Positions 7,811 through 13,664 of a stretch of 13,664 nt of DNA are shown piece after piece. Where the stretch lies: positions 1-13,664 of the forward strand of contig CAVUXE010000096.1 of NCBI GenBank assembly GCA_963745235.1, read 5' to 3'. Each line of letters starts with the position of its first letter. Within the stretch, counting starts at the first letter, position 1. Below the pieces are notes generated by a model. That model was not told where the DNA came from, ran no database searches, and saw only the letters and a program-made list of their open reading frames with translations. This DNA comes from an uncultured Spirochaetota bacterium (GTDB taxonomy: Bacteria; Spirochaetota; Spirochaetia; SZUA-6; Fen-1364). The translations under genes and the position numbers were made by a program.

Positions 7811-9016
7811 ATGAAGAGAATTGTTTCCCTGGCATTCCTGGTCCTTCTGGCCTGCGCAGTTGTCGCCAACGTCGCCTTCGCGGACAAGAAGACGGTGACG
7901 ATCTGGTACTACTGGGAGACGCCAAAGCACCAGCAGACCCTGGCCAGGGTCTGCAGCGACTTCAACGCGTCCCAGGGCAACATCCAGGTAGTCACCAAGT
8001 ACATCCCGTTTGCGGATTTCAAGAAGCAGCTTTCCATCGGCGCTGCGGCGGCGGAGCTTCCGGACATCGCCATCCTCGACAACCCGGACCATGCATCGTA
8101 TTCCTCGATGGGCATATTCGCCGACCTGACGGACAAGCTCGCCAGCTGGCCTGACCTCAAGCAGTACTTCGAGGGCCCGCTGAACTCCTGCAAGCTGAAC
8201 GGCAGACTGTACGGCATTCCCTTTGGAAGCAACTGCCTGGCTCTCTACTACAACGAGGACATGCTCAAGGCAGCCGGCGTGAAGCCGCCGACAAACTGGG
8301 ACGAGCTGAAGAGCGTCTCCTTGAAACTCACCAAGGGCAACGTGCACGGGTTTGCCATAAGCTCCCTCCAGAACGAGGAAGGTACCTTCGGGTTTCTCTG
8401 CTTCCTCTGGGGCAGCGGGAACACCTCATTCGAGATCAACAACGCCAACGGCATCAGGGCGCTCACTCTCCTGCATGACCTGGTGGCAAGCGGCGCCATG
8501 CCCAAGGAAGCGCTCAACTGGACGCAGGGAGATGTCATGAACCAGTTCATCTCCGGCAACCTCGCCATGATGGTGAACGGACCCTGGCAGGTACCCACAA
8601 TGCGCCAGCAGGCCCCCAACCTGAAGTGGAACGTTGTGCTGATGCCCGTGGGGAAAAAGCCCGCCTCCGACCTCGGTGGTGAGAACTTCGCAGTCGTAAA
8701 AGGGAACAACGTGGACGAAGCGGTGGCATTCCTCAAGTTTGTGGCCAACCCAGCGGAAATAAAAACCTACATCAACGATTTCGGGTATATCGCCTCCCGC
8801 AAGGACGTGGCATCCACGCAGTTCACTACTGATCCCATCATGAAGGTGTTCGTTGCGCAGATGGCCTACGCTCAACCCCGCGGTCCGCATCCGCGCTGGC
8901 CCGAGATCTCGGATGCCATCTCTCTGGCTTTCAATGAGAGCATCACGGCCGTGGCAACGCCGGCGGCGGCCGCAGCCAAGGCGCAGAAGACCATTGACGG
9001 AATTCTCGGAAAGTAG
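7811..9016 (+). CDS. Carbohydrate ABC transporter substrate-binding protein (CUT1, SBP family 1; 401 aa)
   Basis: SD GGAGGT at 7799-7804. Signal peptide MKRIVSLAFLVLLACAVVANVAFA; motifs LPDIA, NGRLYGIPF, LYYNEDML, PTNWDEL and F.SGNLAMMVNGPW. Confidence 0.95.
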   Translation: MKRIVSLAFLVLLACAVVANVAFADKKTVTIWYYWETPKHQQTLARVCSDFNASQGNIQVVTKYIPFADFKKQLSIGAAAAELPDIAILDNPDHASYSSMGIFADLTDKLASWPDLKQYFEGPLNSCKLNGRLYGIPFGSNCLALYYNEDMLKAAGVKPPTNWDELKSVSLKLTKGNVHGFAISSLQNEEGTFGFLCFLWGSGNTSFEINNANGIRALTLLHDLVASGAMPKEALNWTQGDVMNQFISGNLAMMVNGPWQVPTMRQQAPNLKWNVVLMPVGKKPASDLGGENFAVVKGNNVDEAVAFLKFVANPAEIKTYINDFGYIASRKDVASTQFTTDPIMKVFVAQMAYAQPRGPHPRWPEISDAISLAFNESITAVATPAAAAAKAQKTIDGILGK

Positions 9017-9040
9017 TCCGAGAGACAGATACTGAGAAAT

Positions 9041-9086
9041 GGCTGCGGGCAAAGACGGACCCCTGAAGCGCGCACTTCCCGCAGCC
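9041..9086 (+). other. Intercistronic stem-loop after the binding-protein gene
   Basis: GGCTGCGGG (9041-9049) pairs perfectly with CCCGCAGCC (9078-9086) around a 28-nt loop, followed by pyrimidine-rich CTCTTTCTGTTT. Confidence 0.55.
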
Positions 9087-9103
9087 GCGCTCTTTCTGTT
9101 TCC

Positions 9104-10019
9104 ATGAAAAGCGAGAACCTCCTGAGGCGCACCTTCCGGTCTGGAAATGTCGGGTATCTTTTCGTGCTTCCGGCAGCACTCTACATGGTGTTGCTGGTCG
9201 GGTACCCGATTGTAAGCAACATTCTGCTGAGCTTGCAGGATGTGACAACCACGACCTTGAGCAAGGCATCCAAGCCCTTCGTGGGCCTGCGTAACTATGC
9301 GGACCTGCTCGCCGGCGGCGTGCTGCAGACGTCCGTTGTCAACACGTTCGTGTTCACCCTGGGGTGCCTTGTCCTGCAGTTCGGCATTGGGTTCGGCGCT
9401 AGCGCTGTTCTTCAACCGCGAGTCCCGCCTGGTCGGGCCGGTCCGCGGCGTCCTCATGATTCCCTGGATGATCCCGATGACGGTCACCGCTCTGATGTTC
9501 AAGTTCATGTTCAGCTCGAACGTCGGCATTGTGAACCAGGCTCTCCAGGCCCTGGGTCTCATTCAAAAGCCCATCGAATGGCTCCTGGAGCCGCGGCTTG
9601 CCATGTTCTCCCTCATCGTCGCCAATACCTGGATCGGGATTCCCTTCAACATGATCCTCCTGTCAACGGGGCTGACTACGATCCCGCGGGAGGTGAAGGA
9701 GGCGGCGGCCATTGACGGCGCCCGCGCGCCCCAGGCCTTTTTTCGGATCACCGTGCCTATGCTGAAACCGGTCATCGAGTCCGTTCTTCTTTTGGGATTC
9801 ATCTACACGTTCAAGGTCTTTGACCTGGTCTTTGTCATGACCAACGGCGGCCCGGTGAACTCCACACACCTGCTGTCCACATATTCCTACAAGCTCTCGT
9901 TTTCTCTTTTCAAATACAGCCAGGGGGCGGCAACCGCGAACATCCTGTTCGTAATCCTGCTCGTCGTCAGCGTCACCTACCTGGGCTTCGTCTATCGTGA
10001 CCGGGAAGGGTTCCGATGA
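9104..10019 (+). CDS. Carbohydrate ABC transporter permease 1 (MalF/UgpA-like), +1 frameshift near 9395; about 304 aa corrected
   Basis: GYLFVLPA...YPI and FVGLRNY lie in the first frame; the EAA loop EVKEAAAIDGA, ITVPMLKP and FKVFDLVFVMTNGGP lie in the next. Removing one G at 9395-9398 gives QFGIGF(A/G)LALFFNR. Confidence 0.93.
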
Positions 10020-10865
10020 GCAGCAGGACAGCTTCACGCCGGCTTTCCGCCGTGATGACTGCGGCCGTGACCGTCCTGGTCCTGGCAGTCATGATGTTTC
10101 CGCTCTACTGGATTGTCGTCACGTCGCTCAAGAAAGAGATCGAGATCTTCCGTGTCCCTCCAACCCTCGTTCCCCACGAGCTGAACACGGATTCCTACTT
10201 CGCGCAGATCCAGCACGGGGATTTCAACATGTTCCGCTCCTTCCGCAACAGCATCGTCATATCGACCTGCGCCATGCTCATCTCCCTTGTTCTGGCCATA
10301 CCGGCGTCGTACGGTGTCGCGAGGTTCGCGTTCAAAGGCAAGAGGCTTTTCATCCTCGGCTTTCTTGTCACCCAGATGCTGCCCGTCTCCGTGCTCCTCA
10401 CGCCGATGTTCATCACGTTTCGCAACCTCCACATCCTGAACACGCTGCTTTCCGCGATCCTCGCGGATGCGACCATCGGAATACCGTTCTCCGTGCTGAT
10501 CCTGATGAGCTATTTTGCATCGATCCCCGGTGAGCTTTCCGATGCGGCGCGCATCGACGGGTGCAATCATTTTCGGGCCTTCCTGGTCCGTCTTTCTCCC
10601 CATTGCCTCTCCCGGGGTTGTCGTGTGCATGGTCTTTTCCTTTCTCTACGGGTGGGGTGACCTTGCGTACGGGATGACGTTCATCCTGGACCAGACCTTG
10701 CGGCCCATCACGGCAGGCATGTTCAACTTCCTGGGGCAATACGGCACGAAATGGAGTTACCTGACCGCGTTTGCCGTCGTGACCATCGTCCCGGTGGTTC
10801 TGATCTTCATCTTCATGCAGAAGTACATCATCAGCGGGCTGACTGCCGGCGCGGTCAAGGGCTGA
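10016..10865 (+). CDS. Carbohydrate ABC transporter permease 2 (MalG/UgpE-like), +1 frameshift near 10582; about 282 aa corrected
   Basis: FPLYWIVVTSLK, NSIVIS and the EAA loop IPGELSDAARIDGC come first; the C-terminus QKYIISGLTAGAVKG lies in the next frame. Removing one C at 10582-10583 gives RAFWSVFLPIASPG. ATGA overlap with permease 1. Confidence 0.93.
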
Positions 10866-10887
10866 AGGGGGAGAAGGAGATGCAACG

Positions 10888-12870
10888 GTGGCATTGAGCG
10901 CACAGGACGGCAGGCTGGTTCGCCGAAACGATGACGAGCTTCTCTGGATCGAGCCCTGGGGGGAGGGCCTTCGCGTACGCGCGACGTGCCTTGCCGCCAT
11001 GCGGGATGACCGGGACTGGGCGCTTCTTCCCCGCCGGAAGGCCGACGCAGCGATTTCCGTGAACGGCGATGATGCCTCGATCGCGAGTGGCGGTCTTGTT
11101 GCGCGGATTCACCATCGCGGCCAGATCTCGTTTTTTGATTCCAAGGGTGAGCTCCTCCTGGAAGAGCGCTGGCGAACAAGGTCCAGCGGCAGCTCTTTTT
11201 CTTCACTAGAAGTGAAGGGAAGGGAGCTGCGGCCGGTGCGGGGGAACCTGTTCCGGACTGCCGTCCGGTTTGAGCCCCGTGACGATGAGCGCATCTTCGG
11301 GATGGGGCAATACCAGGACGGCCGCCTGGACTTGAAAGGTTCCACCCTCGAGCTGGCCCACAGAAACTCGCAGGCAAGCGTTCCGTTCTTCCTCTCGAAC
11401 AAACGATACGGCTTCTTGTGGAACAACCCTGCCATCGGGCGCGCCACCTTCGCTGCCAACATGACGGAGTTCGTGGCTGAACAGTCGCCGCAGCTCGATT
11501 ACTGGGTGTGTGCCGGGAGCACTCCGGCGGCGATCGAGGAGCGCTACGCGGCCGTTACTGGCACCGTGCCCATGATGCCGGAGTTCGCCATGGGCTTCTG
11601 GCAGTGCAAGCTCCGCTATCGGACGCAGGAAGAGCTCCTGGCAGTTGCTCGGGAATACAGGAAGCGCGGGCTTCCCATCTCCGTTATCGTCTGCGATTTC
11701 TTCCACTGGCCCCTGCAGGGCGAATGGAGGTTCGATCCGCGCTCATGGCCCGATCCCGACGCCATGGTGAAAGAGCTTCGAAGCATGGGGATCGAGCTCA
11801 TGGTTTCGATATGGCCCACGGTGGACAAGAAGAGCGCCAACTTTGAGCCCATGCGTGAGGCCGGGCTCCTGACTCGCGTGGAGCACGGAATCCGCACCAC
11901 CATGGACTTCATGGGCACCACCGTCTTCTTTGACGCTACCCATCCGGAAGCCCGAAAGTTCGTATGGGAACGCGTGCGGGAGAATTACTACAGGAAGGGC
12001 ATTCGGATCTTCTGGCTGGACGAGGCTGAGCCCGAGTATTCCGTCTACGACTTCGACAATTATCGCTATCACCTGGGAAGCGATATGGAAGTCGGGAACA
12101 TCTATCCCGTCGGCTACGCGCAGGCCTTCTACGAGGGCATGCGCGCGGAGGGACAGGACAACGTCATCAACCTCCTTCGCTGCGCGTGGGCGGGCAGCCA
12201 GCGCTACGGCGCGCTGGTATGGTCCGGGGATATCGACTGCACATTCCAGACTCTCCGGCGGCAGCTTGCCGCGGGGCTCAACATGGGAATCGCCGGGATC
12301 CCCTGGTGGACCACCGACATCGGCGGATTCGAGGGAGGCGATCCTGATGACCCCGCCTACCGTGAGCTCCTTGTCCGCTGGTTCCAGTGGGCGACTTTCT
12401 GCCCCGTGTTTCGCCTGCATGGGCATCGAGTCCACAAAGAACGCCCGCCTACTCTCGAGGACTTTCTCCTGTCCGGAGGTCCGAACGAGGTGTGGAGCTA
12501 CGGAGAAGAGGCGTATGGGATATTGTCAAAGTATCTGCGCGCCCGCGAGCGCCTTCGGCCGTACATCACTCGCATCATGAAAGAGGCGCATGAAAAAGGA
12601 ACCCCGGCCATGCGGCCCCTCTTCTATGATTTCCCTTCGGATGCTCTTGCGTGGGAACAGGCCGAAGAGTACATGTTCGGTCCTGATCTGCTGATCGCGC
12701 CTGTCATGTACCCGGGCATGAGGCGGCGGACCGCCTACCTCCCGGCCGGCGCAACGTGGAAGAACGCGGAAACGGGCGCCTCCCATTCCGGCGGCCAGGC
12801 GGTGGATGTGGAGACGCCCCTGGACAACATTCCCGTTTTTATCAGGGACGCTGCCGCCATTGCCCTCTGA
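10888..12870 (+). CDS. Glycoside hydrolase family 31, alpha-xylosidase-like (XylS-type; 660 aa)
   Basis: SD AAGGAG at 10874-10879 before GTG. Motifs GFWQCKLRY, nucleophile WLDEAEP, acid/base WSGD, WTTDIGGF, RWFQWATFCPVFRLHG and YMFGPDLLIAPV. No signal peptide. The family is secure; the substrate is inferred. Confidence 0.93.
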   Translation: MALSAQDGRLVRRNDDELLWIEPWGEGLRVRATCLAAMRDDRDWALLPRRKADAAISVNGDDASIASGGLVARIHHRGQISFFDSKGELLLEERWRTRSSGSSFSSLEVKGRELRPVRGNLFRTAVRFEPRDDERIFGMGQYQDGRLDLKGSTLELAHRNSQASVPFFLSNKRYGFLWNNPAIGRATFAANMTEFVAEQSPQLDYWVCAGSTPAAIEERYAAVTGTVPMMPEFAMGFWQCKLRYRTQEELLAVAREYRKRGLPISVIVCDFFHWPLQGEWRFDPRSWPDPDAMVKELRSMGIELMVSIWPTVDKKSANFEPMREAGLLTRVEHGIRTTMDFMGTTVFFDATHPEARKFVWERVRENYYRKGIRIFWLDEAEPEYSVYDFDNYRYHLGSDMEVGNIYPVGYAQAFYEGMRAEGQDNVINLLRCAWAGSQRYGALVWSGDIDCTFQTLRRQLAAGLNMGIAGIPWWTTDIGGFEGGDPDDPAYRELLVRWFQWATFCPVFRLHGHRVHKERPPTLEDFLLSGGPNEVWSYGEEAYGILSKYLRARERLRPYITRIMKEAHEKGTPAMRPLFYDFPSDALAWEQAEEYMFGPDLLIAPVMYPGMRRRTAYLPAGATWKNAETGASHSGGQAVDVETPLDNIPVFIRDAAAIAL

Positions 12871-13003
12871 TGCCGGTCAGCGGACCATGGGCCCCCATCG
12901 GACAAATGATGGGAAGCTCGATTGCCCGGGTCCTAGGCGGGCATCGAGAGGCAAGGGACAAAGTGATAGGAAGAGCTGATTCGCGGACACATCCGATCGC
13001 AGA

Positions 13004-13120
13004 GAAGATGATGTTCCATTCCTGCAGAAGCCATTCAGCATGAAACAGTTGTCGGCGAAGGTGCGAGAGGTCCTTGATAATGGCGACCACAAGACGGACG
13101 TGCCCGTGGAACCCGGCTAA
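13004..13120 (+). pseudogene. Orphan C-terminal fragment of a receiver (REC) domain, hybrid-histidine-kinase type
   Basis: Translates EDDVPFLQKPFSMKQLSAKVREVLDNGDHKTDVPVEPG-stop (TAA 13118-13120), a classic REC beta5-alpha5 ending. There is an in-frame TGA at 12977-12979 and no start codon before the motif. Absent from the ORF track. Confidence 0.75.
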
Positions 13121-13167
13121 AGGCGTCCCCTCACGCGAGCCTAAGCTGCGCTCGATAGCGCCGGTGA

Positions 13168-13386
13168 TTGTTGTTCAGATGGCGTCCTATTACGACATCG
13201 CGGATCGACGCCGTTGAGAATGTCAATCGCGCGCAGGCTCGCAAGATGCTCAAAACGAAATTGGCACTTTATGAAGACCTTCTCTATCAGGTGCATACGT
13301 ACCACCACATAGTCGACTTGGTCAACAAGGTGAACAGCGGCGAGAACGTGGAATTCTACTCAGGCGAGCTGCCCCTGCTGCGATAG
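13168..13386 (+). CDS. Small hypothetical protein or gene fragment (72 aa)
   Basis: Protein-like composition (ARKMLKTKLALYEDLLYQVHTYHHIVDLVNKVN), visibly more AT-rich than its neighbours, and non-overlapping. TTG start without an SD; no recognised family. Confidence 0.35.
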   Translation: MLFRWRPITTSRIDAVENVNRAQARKMLKTKLALYEDLLYQVHTYHHIVDLVNKVNSGENVEFYSGELPLLR

Positions 13387-13449
13387 TTGAGGGTCAGCAG
13401 TAGCGTCATCAATCCTGATGCAGCCAGCAGCGGCACGGGGCCGGCGCCA

Positions 13450-13664
13450 TCACAACTCGATGCCCACGCCGAGCGCGGAGGAATGGAAGCCGCGGTAGCT
13501 GTGATCGAAGACGAGCTCGGCGCTGCGTCCAAGGTCCATTTCGTCAGTGCAGGCAACAGCCTCCGGGTAATACGGAATGACCGCGCCGTTTCGAACGTAC
13601 AGCGGCACCCGAGACAGCGGTTGCGCGACCCGGGCCAGGGTCACCGGGCCCTTGATACGTCCAC
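13450..13664 (-). CDS. C-terminus of a probable second GH31 glycoside hydrolase; 5' part lies outside the window
   Basis: Frame is open to the window edge: GRIKGPVTLARVAQPLSRVPLYVRNGAVIPYYP... matches the GH31 C-terminal PLxxIPL(F/Y)VRxGAIIP pattern (compare PLDNIPVFIRDAA in the first GH31). Confidence 0.75.
   Translation of the reverse strand, partial: GRIKGPVTLARVAQPLSRVPLYVRNGAVIPYYPEAVACTDEMDLGRSAELVFDHSYRGFHSSALGVGIEL

Noticed and set aside
7844-7855. LLAC in the binding-protein signal peptide as a lipobox
   Set aside because: Hydrophobic residues continue after the Cys to an AFA signal-peptidase-I site followed by charged residues. SignalP would be needed to settle it, so it is not claimed.
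5780-10590. Programmed ribosomal frameshifting or phase variation as the cause of the split genes
   Set aside because: No slippery heptamers or long homopolymer/SSR tracts at the sites, and these gene families are not known to use such mechanisms.
798-12786. Many long antisense or alternate-frame ORFs (e.g. 798-1370 +, 3584-4363 -, 8426-9562 -, 11743-12435 -)
   Set aside because: They are shadows of well-supported genes, expected in GC-rich DNA, and carry no motifs of their own.
10888-12870. GH31 as a sulfoquinovosidase (sulfoglycolysis locus)
   Set aside because: The nucleophile context is WLDEAEP rather than the recalled WMADFGE, and no sulfoglycolysis enzymes lie nearby.

Overview
GC-rich bacterial window that reads as an accessory metabolic and regulatory patchwork, not a recognisably new system. 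Left to right: (1) the 3' part of an FtsH-family protease converging on an HdeD/DUF308 membrane-protein gene across a perfect 14-bp hairpin; (2) a cupin-type AraC regulator divergent from a REC-HD-GYP phosphodiesterase, an NAD(P)H-binding protein and a BBE-like FAD oxidoreductase; (3) a LacI-associated sugar locus (binding protein, two permeases, GH31 alpha-xylosidase-like hydrolase) with a clear sigma70 promoter and a 32-bp double-operator palindrome; (4) the 3' end of a probable second, convergent GH31 gene. Four genes each carry a single +1 frameshift, most simply explained as sequencing or assembly error. Two relics not called as such in the ORF track flank the sugar locus: a probable IS91-like transposase fragment and a receiver-domain C-terminus. 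No CRISPR array, rRNA, tRNA or intact mobile element was seen. All family assignments come from motif recognition by eye; no database searches were run.
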